A DNA stretch of 64,000 nt from the NCBI GenBank assembly GCA_963749915.1, contig CAVVOP010000005.1, positions 64,001-128,000 of the forward strand, read 5' to 3'. Position 1 is the first letter of the stretch; the number at the start of each line of letters is the position of its first letter. Both the position numbers and the translations under genes were made by a program. The notes under the pieces were generated by a model. That model ran no database searches and had not been told where the DNA came from. It saw nothing but the letters and a program-made list of their open reading frames with translations. This document shows, piece by piece, positions 41,075 to 51,135 of the stretch. The stretch comes from an uncultured cyanobacterium. Lineage in GTDB: Bacteria; Cyanobacteriota; Cyanobacteriia; Cyanobacteriales; Cyanobacteriaceae.

Positions 41075-42169
41075 TCAGCTTAAGTTGGTACCCGAAAAAC
41101 CTATTATCGCCTCCGGCGGACGGAGCGGGGGGCGCCGACCTGCCGCCTCTTCGATTTCTGCGGTGGTAATTACCTCGACGTGCCTGCGGCTGCGTGGCAC
41201 TTTGTGCTGGGGATCCTCTTTCCCACACTTGGAAATTCCAAGCCAGTCAAGAAGAGCTGGCGTATAATCGGACAAGAAGTACTTGAGCCTGGCAGCGAAT
41301 TTAAGGGCCAAGAAATCGAGTTTGATCTTGACGGATTCAAAAAAGGATGGCTGCTCCACGAATTCATCCCAGCCCGTATCTGCTAGTTGCTGACGATACC
41401 ATTCTGAGGCAGCTTTCCAGATCGAGTACCTACTGCGGGACCAAGGCTTGGATGATGTATAGTGCTCGATAAATGCCTTGTGGTCGGAAGCGTACATTAG
41501 ATAAGACTCGTGGAGATTCCAACGGGGATCGAGGGGAGTCCATCGGTTCTTTAGCACCGCATTCAATGCGTCCTGATCTGGTGCCTCCACACACCTTTCA
41601 GGATAGTGCTCCAGAAATTGACGGGCCTCGGCGAGAATGCCAAGTTCGAGGACGGCTGGCCAGTCGAACACCATCACCCCGGACTGTAAGTAGGGTGCGT
41701 CGGGGTCGAGAAACAGCATCTGCCGCCGCTCGCCGATTTTATTTGTGAGGTAGTAGAACATATCGTGGACCGCCCCCACCGGTTTTCCGTGCAAATCGAC
41801 GTTCAGAAGCGGGGTCAGATCGGTGAGAACCCGGGTATCAGCATCCAAATACACCAGCCGCCCGACATCTGAGCCAAAGATTTCGTCAAAATAGAGCCGC
41901 AGGTAAGCCGCCCGCGGCCATCGACGGTCTTGGATAGTCTTGATTTTTTCTGCAATCTCGGTTGCAACCACGATCTCAACTTCCATTTGCCGTGCTGCAA
42001 ACATGCCCTTTGCTTTAGTAAGATCTGTCTCATCTACATCGCAACATACGAGAAACAATGAGGCGTCGAGTTTATGCCGAAGATTTTCGTACGAAGAGTA
42101 GAGCTGGCAACAGGCTGCAGGTAGATAACCTCGATCCGTAGTAGAAACGATGATAGTATTATTAGTCAT
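41075..42169 (-). CDS. Glycosyltransferase family 8
   Basis: YLRL, YLDADT, SGVM, DQDALN, HY...KPW; visibly GC-rich DNA. Confidence 0.88.
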   Translation of the reverse strand: MTNNTIIVSTTDRGYLPAACCQLYSSYENLRHKLDASLFLVCCDVDETDLTKAKGMFAARQMEVEIVVATEIAEKIKTIQDRRWPRAAYLRLYFDEIFGSDVGRLVYLDADTRVLTDLTPLLNVDLHGKPVGAVHDMFYYLTNKIGERRQMLFLDPDAPYLQSGVMVFDWPAVLELGILAEARQFLEHYPERCVEAPDQDALNAVLKNRWTPLDPRWNLHESYLMYASDHKAFIEHYTSSKPWSRSRYSIWKAASEWYRQQLADTGWDEFVEQPSFFESVKIKLDFLALKFAARLKYFLSDYTPALLDWLGISKCGKEDPQHKVPRSRRHVEVITTAEIEEAAGRRPPLRPPEAIIGFSGTNLS

Positions 42170-42255
42170 TTTTCACTCTATTAAATAAATTACTACTGTG
42201 TGAGGGCATTTTTTACTTTTAAAATATTATTCTGATATACTCTTTGATATCTCAA

Positions 42256-43212
42256 CTATGCAATGCTTTTTTTGTGTTGTTTCGTCGAAATATTAAATAT
42301 TTCTTTGACTAATTCCCACCAATTATTCCAATCAATTAACCAGCTTATCAATATCCATAGACACTTGAATCGCTCAGACAAGGAGAGAGGGTAAGTAAAT
42401 ATACTGCGATAATACCCTTGGACGCATTTAAACCGTGACGTAAATTTGCCATAATTTAAATTAGGGGAAATCCAGCTTGCTCGCTCTTTTGCATCCCGGA
42501 TCGATTGCGATTGTTCGGCATGAAGTCGAAAATAGCCGATGGCATTCGGAACTTCTTGTAATTTACCCATCAAGCTAAGTTCAGTTAGAAGCACTTTATC
42601 TGAACCATAGTAAGCATCATGCTGAGAAGTTCGTTTAATTATGTCTGTACGAGACAAACCAAAAAACTCATAACATTCGGTTACCCTAAACAAGACCTCT
42701 GAGTAGCGCTCACTAGGGGAACTTGATCTAAAATTAAGCTGTTGGTTTATTAGTATAATCTTTCCTTCAGAAGTTTGGTAGGTATTTTCTGCAATTAAAG
42801 GAAGAGGTTTATTATCCTTGTCGATAAGCGATACCCTTGGGAAACTCATCACGACCGAAAGATCGGCCTCTAAAACCCTGACACATTCTTCTAAATAATT
42901 TGAAGAGCACATATCATCATGAGCCATCCATTTGAAAAATTCTCCTCTTGCTAACTGGAATACTTTCTTGTAATTAGAGGCAGCTCCTAAGTTAATAGGA
43001 TTCCTATAATAACGAATTCTCCCATCTTGAGATTGAAAAGATTGACAAATTTCTTCAGTCTTATCCGTTGAAGCATTATCCGAAATAATGATTTCAAAAT
43101 CTTTAAATGATTGTTGAAGCAAAGAATTAATAGCATACTCAAGATAATTTTCACCGTTATACACTGGAATGCCAATACTAACTCTTGGATGTTTAACATT
43201 TAGTTCAACCAT
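42256..43212 (-). CDS. Glycosyltransferase family 2
   Basis: SIGIPVYNG, SDNASTD, WMAHDD. Confidence 0.9.
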   Translation of the reverse strand: MVELNVKHPRVSIGIPVYNGENYLEYAINSLLQQSFKDFEIIISDNASTDKTEEICQSFQSQDGRIRYYRNPINLGAASNYKKVFQLARGEFFKWMAHDDMCSSNYLEECVRVLEADLSVVMSFPRVSLIDKDNKPLPLIAENTYQTSEGKIILINQQLNFRSSSPSERYSEVLFRVTECYEFFGLSRTDIIKRTSQHDAYYGSDKVLLTELSLMGKLQEVPNAIGYFRLHAEQSQSIRDAKERASWISPNLNYGKFTSRFKCVQGYYRSIFTYPLSLSERFKCLWILISWLIDWNNWWELVKEIFNISTKQHKKSIA

Positions 43213-43238
43213 AATACAAGTTATTCTTTACATAAAGT

Positions 43239-44747
43239 TTACTTCAATTTAGTTTTCAGCCACAATTTAGCTGTCACTTTGACTACCATCATAGTAATAG
43301 AAATAATCACTATGCTAAGTAGAAAATTAGCTAAATTTATGTTTCTCCCACTTGCAGTTGCCAAAATCGCCTCTAAGAGTAAAGCTGGTAAGACAACACC
43401 ATTAAATATTAATAATATGACGAAAGAGAGTCTTCTCCTCTTCATTATAGTGATAAAAGCTAAAAGGAAACCTAAAGGGATAAAAATACTACTGTAGTAT
43501 AAAAAGTTTAAAATTCGTAAGTTATAAGATTTTACAGGCAATAAATAACTTAAAATTGCTTTTGCTGGTATTAGCTCTAGATAATATGAATTATCGACTC
43601 TATCTACATAGACTTGAACAAGTGAATTAGTATAGGTAATAACTAGATGATGGGGTTTAGTGTCTGCAAAAACACCGGGAACAATTAGTTCAGGCCGCGT
43701 TCCATTGTCTCCAGTCAAGGGAGTTCGCAGGCGAAAGATTAAGTTAGATTCTTCCTGCCCCAAAGTAAAATTCCGCTGGTGAAGGTTGCCTGAAAGTGAA
43801 ATAATTCGGGCAGGGCCAGTCTGTTTAGTGTTAGCGGTGGCAACAGTAGTAATCAGAGTAAATTGGGAGGTTTGATGAACCTTTTCCGTTATAAAACTTG
43901 CTGGTATTTCTGTTGCCAGCCAATGACTAGAACTCAGAAAAGCATTTTCCCTCATTGGAAGATTCGGCTGTTTTCCCTGCCAAGATAAGTTTGGTAAATG
44001 TCCCACTGAATCTTGGTAATTTCCTTTCCCTCTCAACTGATAGAAAGCAACTAAAGAGTCTTTGCTCTCTGCAATGGGAATTTGACCTGAAAGAACTTGT
44101 GCTACTTCTGCCTTTGGTATAGCCTGATCAGCAAGATAAACTTCAGAAATATATCCCTCCCAGGGACGGTCTTCTGTTCTTTCATTACCCAGTATTAAAG
44201 GAAAATTTGCATCCCAATTATTAAGATTCGTTGTCTTTGGCACAGGGATCGAAAGGAGAAAGGTTAAAGTGACATAGCCGACAAAGCAAATGGTTAATCC
44301 CCTAGGAGAAATAAATCTCCTCAAATTTGAGAGGTAAAAACCAAGAAAACCCAAGAAACCCCCCAGACTATTGGCCAGAATATCGCTGATAGTAGAAGAC
44401 CTTAAAGGGAGAAATATCTGTAGGGATTCAACTGTAAATGATAAGCTACAACTAGCCAACAGCAATATTATTAGCGTTCCTATCCATTTCAGTTTTCCTT
44501 GAGACAGTAGATAGGTCAAGCTGAAGCCAAAAGGAATAAACAAAATGATATTGAGAAGAAAGTCGCTGAAATTACTTGGATGATAGAAATAGAGGGTAAT
44601 ATTCCTAAAAGCAAAACCTTCTGGGTGAGTAAAATTAAACGGAAACAGTGTCATCAATAGCACCAGCAAAAGGCTGCAAGTCACTAGGCCGACAGCTATC
44701 CACCTTTTTTTCAGATTACCCAATTTAAAAATAGAGTGCTTACACAT
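43239..44747 (-). CDS. VanZ-family membrane protein with a LamG/ConA-like extracytoplasmic domain
   Basis: NIILFIPFG, ESLQIFLPLR, DILANSLG; GPARII, NFTLGQ, HHLVITY. Confidence 0.75.
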   Translation of the reverse strand: MCKHSIFKLGNLKKRWIAVGLVTCSLLLVLLMTLFPFNFTHPEGFAFRNITLYFYHPSNFSDFLLNIILFIPFGFSLTYLLSQGKLKWIGTLIILLLASCSLSFTVESLQIFLPLRSSTISDILANSLGGFLGFLGFYLSNLRRFISPRGLTICFVGYVTLTFLLSIPVPKTTNLNNWDANFPLILGNERTEDRPWEGYISEVYLADQAIPKAEVAQVLSGQIPIAESKDSLVAFYQLRGKGNYQDSVGHLPNLSWQGKQPNLPMRENAFLSSSHWLATEIPASFITEKVHQTSQFTLITTVATANTKQTGPARIISLSGNLHQRNFTLGQEESNLIFRLRTPLTGDNGTRPELIVPGVFADTKPHHLVITYTNSLVQVYVDRVDNSYYLELIPAKAILSYLLPVKSYNLRILNFLYYSSIFIPLGFLLAFITIMKRRRLSFVILLIFNGVVLPALLLEAILATASGRNINLANFLLSIVIISITMMVVKVTAKLWLKTKLK

Positions 44748-44791
44748 ATAAAAATTACTTTAAGTGATATTTCTTATTAATGATGAAATAT

Positions 44792-44833
44792 GTATCAATG
44801 TATACTTAACTCTATTTACTTTATTATTATTAT
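44792..44833 (+). promoter_or_regulatory. Putative NtcA-activated promoter of the rfbF operon
   Basis: GTA-TCAATGTA-TAC, 22-nt spacer, TATTAT. Confidence 0.4.
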
Positions 44834-44954
44834 TGTATTTCTTAAAGATTCTATAAAGTATAAAAAAGTATAAAGGTTCGATAAAGTACTTGATTTTAAA
44901 AAAAAACGAGTTACACTCGGGTGTAGATTCGGTGCAGAAAAAAAGGGGTAGTTT

Positions 44955-45821
44955 ATGAAAGTTGGAATTCTTGCAGGGGGTCTTGGCACTCGCCTTTCAG
45001 AAGAAACAGTTGAAAAACCGAAGCCGATGGTAGAAATCGGCGGTAGGCCCATTCTTTGGCATATAATGATGCATTATCATTACTATGGCTTCAAGGATTT
45101 TGCCATCGCTCTTGGCTATAAGGCCGAAGTAATCAAAAGATATATGGTGGACTATTGTTCCCTCAACAGCAACCTCGCCGTCAACTTGCGTAACGGTGAA
45201 GTGAAAATGTATGGAGGCTACAAGCCAGACTGGAACGTTGATTTGATCGATACTGGACTGTATACCAATACGGGGGGCCGTATCAAGCAGTTGATACCTT
45301 ATATGGGCAGTGAAACCTTCATGTTGACTTGGGGTGATGGTGTTTCCAATTTGGATTTACACGATTTATTGGCGTTCCATCGCTCTCATGGAAAATTAGC
45401 TACCCTAACGGCAGTGCGTCCGCCAGCACGTTTCGGTCACTTAGAACTAGATGGTGATCAGATTACCGAGTTCTCCGAAAAGCCCCAAACCCGTGAAGGT
45501 TGGATTAATGGGGCCTTCTTCGTATTGGAACCAGGCGTGTATGATTACATTACAGGCGACGATACCCAATGGGAAAAAGAGCCCCTAGAGCGATTAGCCA
45601 AAGATGGTCAATTAATGGCTTATAAGTATGATGGATTCTGGCAATGTATGGACACCTTGCGCGATAAGCAGAGGTTAGAACGCCTTTGGCAGAGCGGCAA
45701 TGCACCTTGGAAAATTTGGAATGAAGAAAGAGAAAATGAAGAAAATGAAAGTATTAGTAACGGGTCACAAGGGTTACATCGGGACGATTCTAGTACCTAT
45801 GCTGGTAGCCAAAGGATATGA
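44955..45821 (+). CDS. rfbF: Glucose-1-phosphate cytidylyltransferase
   Basis: [46 protein letters not shown]. Confidence 0.92.
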   Translation: MKVGILAGGLGTRLSEETVEKPKPMVEIGGRPILWHIMMHYHYYGFKDFAIALGYKAEVIKRYMVDYCSLNSNLAVNLRNGEVKMYGGYKPDWNVDLIDTGLYTNTGGRIKQLIPYMGSETFMLTWGDGVSNLDLHDLLAFHRSHGKLATLTAVRPPARFGHLELDGDQITEFSEKPQTREGWINGAFFVLEPGVYDYITGDDTQWEKEPLERLAKDGQLMAYKYDGFWQCMDTLRDKQRLERLWQSGNAPWKIWNEERENEENESISNGSQGLHRDDSSTYAGSQRI

Positions 45822-46806
45822 AGTTGTAGGAGTAGATAGCGATCTGTACGCAGGCAGTACTTTTGGCAACGGGATTCTAGAGATACCAGAATGGAAACAG
45901 GATATCCGTGATGTGGAAGCCTCTGCGTTAGAAGGATTTGATGCAGTACTGCACCTAGCGGGACTATCCAACGATCCCCTTGGGAACCTCAATCCTAATT
46001 TAACTTATGAGATAAATCACCTAGCCTCTGTGCGCCTAGCCAATTTAGCCAAAGAAGTAGGAATCGAGCGCTTTATCTTCTCCTCTTCCTGTAGTAATTA
46101 TGGTGCAGGTGGGGAAGATTTGCTCACTGAGCAATCCCCCTTTAATCCCGTCACGCCCTACGGAATTTCCAAAGTTCGGGTAGAACAAGATGTGGCTCAA
46201 CTAGCGGATGACAATTTCAGTCCGACCTTTTTGCGCAATGCCACGGCTTACGGGGTATCTCCCCGACTGCGCTTTGATCTAGTTCTTAATAACTTAGTTG
46301 CCTGGGCTTTTACTACGGGACGGATTTATATCAAAAGTGACGGCACTCCTTGGCGACCCATTGTCCACATTGAGGATATCTCCCGTGCCTTTATCGCCGT
46401 GCTAGAAGCACCTCGAGAATTAGTACACAATCAGGCATTCAATGTGGGACGCAATCAAGACAACTATCAAATTCGAGAGATAGCTGAAATTGTCAAAGAG
46501 ACAGTTCCTGGTTGCGAGATTGAGTATGCCAAGGATGGCGGACCAGATAAGCGTTGCTATCGTGTTGATTGCAACAGGATTGCTCAAACCCTGCCTGAAT
46601 TTCAACCCCAATGGAACGCTTGTAAAGGGGCACAGGAACTATATGAAGCCTATCAAAAAATAGGGTTGACTCTCGAAGAGTTTGAGGGTTCTAAATACCA
46701 GAGAATTGCTCACATCCGACACTTACTGAGTGATGGGTTGCTGGATCAAACTCTTCGCTGGCAAAAACCTAAAGCCCCAATCAAGAAACAAATTGTATTT
46801 TCTTAG
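45745..46806 (+). CDS. NAD-dependent nucleotide-sugar epimerase/dehydratase
   Basis: [33 protein letters not shown]; alternative ATGs at 45721 and 45736. Confidence 0.88.
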   Translation: MKVLVTGHKGYIGTILVPMLVAKGYEVVGVDSDLYAGSTFGNGILEIPEWKQDIRDVEASALEGFDAVLHLAGLSNDPLGNLNPNLTYEINHLASVRLANLAKEVGIERFIFSSSCSNYGAGGEDLLTEQSPFNPVTPYGISKVRVEQDVAQLADDNFSPTFLRNATAYGVSPRLRFDLVLNNLVAWAFTTGRIYIKSDGTPWRPIVHIEDISRAFIAVLEAPRELVHNQAFNVGRNQDNYQIREIAEIVKETVPGCEIEYAKDGGPDKRCYRVDCNRIAQTLPEFQPQWNACKGAQELYEAYQKIGLTLEEFEGSKYQRIAHIRHLLSDGLLDQTLRWQKPKAPIKKQIVFS

Positions 46807-46896
46807 CCGAACAGTATTGATCTGCGACCGGATTTTAGATGCGATTCTGGACGCTCCTATGTAAATTATTTTAAATTATCTCTTTGACGTAGTAAA

Positions 46897-48126
46897 ATGC
46901 ACGATCCCAAGATAACTTGCCGCTCTTGCGGCAATCCTAACCTAGACTTGATCATCGATTTCGGCTATACTCCTCTGGCAGATGGACTCTTAACCAGAAA
47001 CCAGCTAGATCAACCAGAATATACTGCTCCCCTGGACTTGGCGTTTTGTCCTAATTGCAGTCTAGTCCAGATTACCGAAACTGTCCCCCCAGAAATTCTC
47101 TTTTGTCGAGACTATCCATATTTTTCTTCAGTTTCTCCATCTCTGCTTAATCATTTTGGCGACAGTGCTAAAGCCATTATCAAGTCCAGACAACTCAATC
47201 GTAATAGTTTGGTTATTGAAGCTGCCAGTAATGATGGCTATATGCTGAAGAACTTTGTCGAGAAAGAGATTCCCGTCTTGGGAATTGATCCAGCCTCTGG
47301 TCCAGCTGAAGCAGCTCAGAAAGCGGGGATTCCTACTCTGTGTACTTTCTTCACCCAAGATTTAGCCCAGCAGCTACAAAATGAAGGCAAAAAAGCAGAT
47401 GTTTTTCTGGCTAATAATGTCTTAGCTCACGTACCCGACCTCAATGGCTTTGTCGCTGGAATTGGCACTCTCTTAAAAAATAGTGGGGTAGCGGTAATCG
47501 AGGCTCCTTATGTGGTTGATTTGGTTGACCACTGCGAATTTGACACCATTTATCACCAGCACTTGTGCTATTTCTCAGTCACTGCTTTGGATAAGTTGTT
47601 TAGGAGACATTCATTGTATCTTAACCAGATTGAGCGCACTAGCATTCATGGTGGTTCCTTACGCCTATTTGTCGAGCCCAATGAATCCGTCCAGGATTCA
47701 GTCAAATCTTTACTAGCAGAAGAGGCAAAACAGAAAGTTGATCGTCTAGATTACTATCGGGAGTTTAGTGATCGGGTGTTAGAGATAAAGCACTCTTTAC
47801 TGGATATTCTGTGGGATTTGAAAAAACAGGGCAAACGAGTAGTCGGTTATGGGGCGGCTGCTAAAGCAACCACTATGTTGAGTTATCTCGGAATTAACAA
47901 AACTCTACTCGATTATGTCGTAGATTTAAACCAATTTAAACATGGTCGTTATATGGGCATCAATCACTTCCCCATTTTTCCTCCCAGCAAACTATTAGAA
48001 GACAAACCTGATTATGTCTTGATTTTGGCCTGGAATTTTGCAGAAGAAATTATCCGACAACAAGCAGCTTATCAAAAACAAGGTGGTCGATTTATCGTAC
48101 CCATACCTTTTCCTTATATTGCTTAG
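46897..48126 (+). CDS. NDP-sugar C-methyltransferase
   Basis: Zn-binding CRSC...[43 protein letters not shown]. Confidence 0.88.
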   Translation: MHDPKITCRSCGNPNLDLIIDFGYTPLADGLLTRNQLDQPEYTAPLDLAFCPNCSLVQITETVPPEILFCRDYPYFSSVSPSLLNHFGDSAKAIIKSRQLNRNSLVIEAASNDGYMLKNFVEKEIPVLGIDPASGPAEAAQKAGIPTLCTFFTQDLAQQLQNEGKKADVFLANNVLAHVPDLNGFVAGIGTLLKNSGVAVIEAPYVVDLVDHCEFDTIYHQHLCYFSVTALDKLFRRHSLYLNQIERTSIHGGSLRLFVEPNESVQDSVKSLLAEEAKQKVDRLDYYREFSDRVLEIKHSLLDILWDLKKQGKRVVGYGAAAKATTMLSYLGINKTLLDYVVDLNQFKHGRYMGINHFPIFPPSKLLEDKPDYVLILAWNFAEEIIRQQAAYQKQGGRFIVPIPFPYIA

Positions 48127-48210
48127 AGAGAGAGTGTGACAATCTAGCAATTTGAATTTGTTTTTACTACAAGATGCCAAACCAAATTAGTCAAATATTT
48201 AATAAAAAAA

Positions 48211-49437
48211 ATGATTGAATCCCAATTATCCCTCGATAGTAAACCACAGATCGGTGATTTTATCGAAGATTGTCCATGTCCTAACTGTGGCAATCATGGA
48301 CTGTCTATCTTTTATGAAGTTAGAAATGTTCCTGTCCACAGTTGTTTAATGATGCCCAGTCGAGAGGAAGCTCTTGATTTTCCTTGCGGAGATGTCGTAC
48401 TTGGTTTTTGTAATAGTTGTGGTTTTATTACTAATGTCGAGTTTGATTCTCGTTGGTCGGCTTATGCCCCTAATTATGAAGACCAACAAAGTTTTTCGCC
48501 TACTTTTAATAAATTTGCTCTAAATTTAGCCCATAAATTAATCGACAAATACGACTTACACGAAAAGAATATTTTAGAAATTGGCTGTAGTAAAGGGGAT
48601 TTCTTACTATTGCTTTGTGAATTAGGGAATAACTCTGGAGTAGGCATCGATCCCAGTGTTGTTCCCGGAAGAGTTAAAAGTGAAGCTGCCAGTCGGGTTA
48701 AGTTTATTCAAGATTATTATGGCGAACAGCATGCAGAATATGTTGGTGATTTCATTTGTTGTCGTCATACTTTAGAACACATACAACCCGTAGCAGAGTT
48801 TATCTCTACAGTCCGCAAATCGATGGGAGATCGCCAAGTTCCGTTTTTCTTAGAGATTCCTGATAATACTAGGGTTCTTAAAGATTTAGCTTTTGAAGAT
48901 ATTTATTACGAACACTGTTCCTATTTTTCTCCTGGGACATTAGCTCGATTATTCCGCGCTTGTGGGTTTGAGGTAACCGATGTCTATCGCGATTATGGCG
49001 ATCAATATTTGTTTATTGAAGCTTTACCAATTGAAATTCCTTCCAGGAAAATTCACCCCTTTGAAGAAACTGTCGCCGAAGTCGCTCAGGATGTTAAGCA
49101 TTTTGCCAGTAGAATTCAAGATAAGTTGGACCATTGGAAGCAATATTTAGAAACGGCTCAAGCACAGGGAGAAAAAGTGGTAGTTTGGGGATCTGGCTCG
49201 AAATGCGTGGCTTTTTTAACCACCTTAGATACTGTTGATAAAATTCAATATGTAGTCGATATTAATCCCCACCGTCACGGTAAGTTTATTCCCGGTGTAG
49301 GTAAACAAATCATGTCCCCAGAATTTCTCAAAGAATACCAGCCTGATTGCTTAATTGTAATGAATCCTATCTACTGTGAAGAGATCAAAAAAATGCTCAA
49401 AAACATGAATTTATCTCCAGAGGTTATAAGTCTTTAG
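48211..49437 (+). CDS. Second C-methyltransferase-type SAM-dependent methyltransferase
   Basis: CPNC...CNSC, EIGCSKG, RHTLEH, IYYEHCSYF, WGSGSK, VDINP. Confidence 0.85.
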   Translation: MIESQLSLDSKPQIGDFIEDCPCPNCGNHGLSIFYEVRNVPVHSCLMMPSREEALDFPCGDVVLGFCNSCGFITNVEFDSRWSAYAPNYEDQQSFSPTFNKFALNLAHKLIDKYDLHEKNILEIGCSKGDFLLLLCELGNNSGVGIDPSVVPGRVKSEAASRVKFIQDYYGEQHAEYVGDFICCRHTLEHIQPVAEFISTVRKSMGDRQVPFFLEIPDNTRVLKDLAFEDIYYEHCSYFSPGTLARLFRACGFEVTDVYRDYGDQYLFIEALPIEIPSRKIHPFEETVAEVAQDVKHFASRIQDKLDHWKQYLETAQAQGEKVVVWGSGSKCVAFLTTLDTVDKIQYVVDINPHRHGKFIPGVGKQIMSPEFLKEYQPDCLIVMNPIYCEEIKKMLKNMNLSPEVISL

Positions 49438-49548
49438 AGAGCCATGGAACAGCAATTCTCATTTTGAAGAAGAAAAGAGAAGATTCTCTTGTGTTCCTAT
49501 CTTGTGTTTCTTGCATGGGTTTTTGAAAAGCTGAAAAACTTGATCAAA

Positions 49549-49640
49549 TGAGGAGTGTGGGGAGTGTGGGAAGTATTGGATTTTTCTTCCCTCTCCTCCC
49601 CCTCTTCCCCCTCTTCCCCCTCTTGCCTATCCTTGTCACC
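49549..49640. repeat. Purine-rich / pyrimidine-rich short tandem repeats
   Basis: (GGAGTGTGG)x2-3 followed by (CTCTTCCCC)x3. Confidence 0.55.
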
Positions 49641-49725
49641 ACACATAATTATTCAAATCCCTCGCACTATTGGGTTGGGTGTTAGGTTAGAGATTTTTAG
49701 CTATTTTTAAAAGTTGAGACAAGAA

Positions 49726-50877
49726 TTAAGGGGACTTTTCCCGGTGAATTAATTTTCCCCTTTCAACTTGAATTATTTGTGCTTCTTTTAATAATTTGTG
49801 ATCAAAATAACGCAAATGAGTCGTGGTGATCAAGGTTTGAAAACGATTACCCAATGAATCTAATAATTGTTGTTGTCGCTGTAAATCTAACTCTGCCATG
49901 ACATCATCTAATAATAACAAAGGGGGCTCACCAATGACTTGCTCAATTAACTGTAACTCTCCTAACTTTAATGATAGAACTAACGTTCGTTGTTGTCCTT
50001 GAGATCCGTAATTTCTAGCCGTTGCCTGATTAATGATAAAATCAATCTCATCTCGATGGGGTCCCACTAATGTAGTTCCCATATTGATTTCAGCATTGCG
50101 TTTTTGTTCTATCTGTTCTTTGATTGTTATATGTATTTTTTCTACTTCGTCATTTTCATATTCCACATTGGGAAGATAAATAATTTCTAATTTTTCACTT
50201 TTATTACTAATTTGGTTATGCCAAAATCTAGCAAAAGGTTCTAATTTATTTAAAACTCGCCTTCTTCTCCTCATTATTCTACAAGCAGTTTCTACTAATT
50301 TATTATCCCATAAAGTTAATTCTAATTGTGAGGATTTTGCCAGATCTAAATAGTTACTTATTCCTTGTTTTTTAAAGATTTTTAATAAAGCATTTCTTTG
50401 TTTTAAAACTTGATTATATTGTTTGATAAGATAAGCATAAACTGGTTCTAGTTGTACTAAAAGATTATCAACCCAATTCCTTCTGTATTCTGGAGATCCC
50501 CTTACTAAATCTATATCTAAACTTGAGAATAAAACGGTGTTAACTATTCCTAAAAAATCTAAATTGCGGGAGAGTTTTTCATAGTTAACTTTTAATTCCC
50601 TTTTTCCCTTAAGCGGTAAAATAATTTCTAAACCATAATCAGTGAAACTACGACTAATATCAGCCTTTATTTGGGCATAAAGTCTTTGTTTATATACTAA
50701 ATCTTGGTCTCTACTGGTACGATGACTTTTTAAAGTTGATAAGAACCCAATAGCTTCCAATAAATTAGATTTACCCTGAGCATTATTACCTAATATAATT
50801 ATTTTATTACTATAAAAATCGACTTCTTCTTGAATATAATTGCGAAAATAACTGAGCTGTATCTTATTTAAAAACAT
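49726..50877 (-). CDS. recF: DNA replication/repair protein RecF
   Basis: GNNAQGKSN, GPHRDE, GSQGQQR, LLLDDVMAELD. Confidence 0.96.
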   Translation of the reverse strand: MFLNKIQLSYFRNYIQEEVDFYSNKIIILGNNAQGKSNLLEAIGFLSTLKSHRTSRDQDLVYKQRLYAQIKADISRSFTDYGLEIILPLKGKRELKVNYEKLSRNLDFLGIVNTVLFSSLDIDLVRGSPEYRRNWVDNLLVQLEPVYAYLIKQYNQVLKQRNALLKIFKKQGISNYLDLAKSSQLELTLWDNKLVETACRIMRRRRRVLNKLEPFARFWHNQISNKSEKLEIIYLPNVEYENDEVEKIHITIKEQIEQKRNAEINMGTTLVGPHRDEIDFIINQATARNYGSQGQQRTLVLSLKLGELQLIEQVIGEPPLLLLDDVMAELDLQRQQQLLDSLGNRFQTLITTTHLRYFDHKLLKEAQIIQVERGKLIHREKSP

Positions 50878-51135
50878 GGAAAAATAATTGAAATTGATGA
50901 TCAGTTAAAATGTAAGGAAAGACAGATATACGCTTAAAGAATGACTATTCTCTATTCTTTCTCTAGGGTAGCAAAAGGGTAACGGAAAATAAGCAATAGT
51001 CAACAATAGCAAGACTTTGGGAAGTTTTTGTTGTCAATTCATTTATTACAAATTATTTAGCTATACTATACTTTATAATTAGCTTCAAAATATGATATAA
51101 AGCTCTTAACAACGCTAAGTTTTCTCTATTCTTTT

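Noticed and set aside
40977..42033. Multiple overlapping alternative ORFs in the GT8 region
   Set aside because: Shadow ORFs expected from high GC; only the GT8 frame has recognisable motifs.
40960..49500. Absence of HIP1 as evidence of horizontal transfer
   Set aside because: I also saw no perfect GCGATCGC in the core genes from ~49.5 to 62.0 kb, so the gap does not discriminate.
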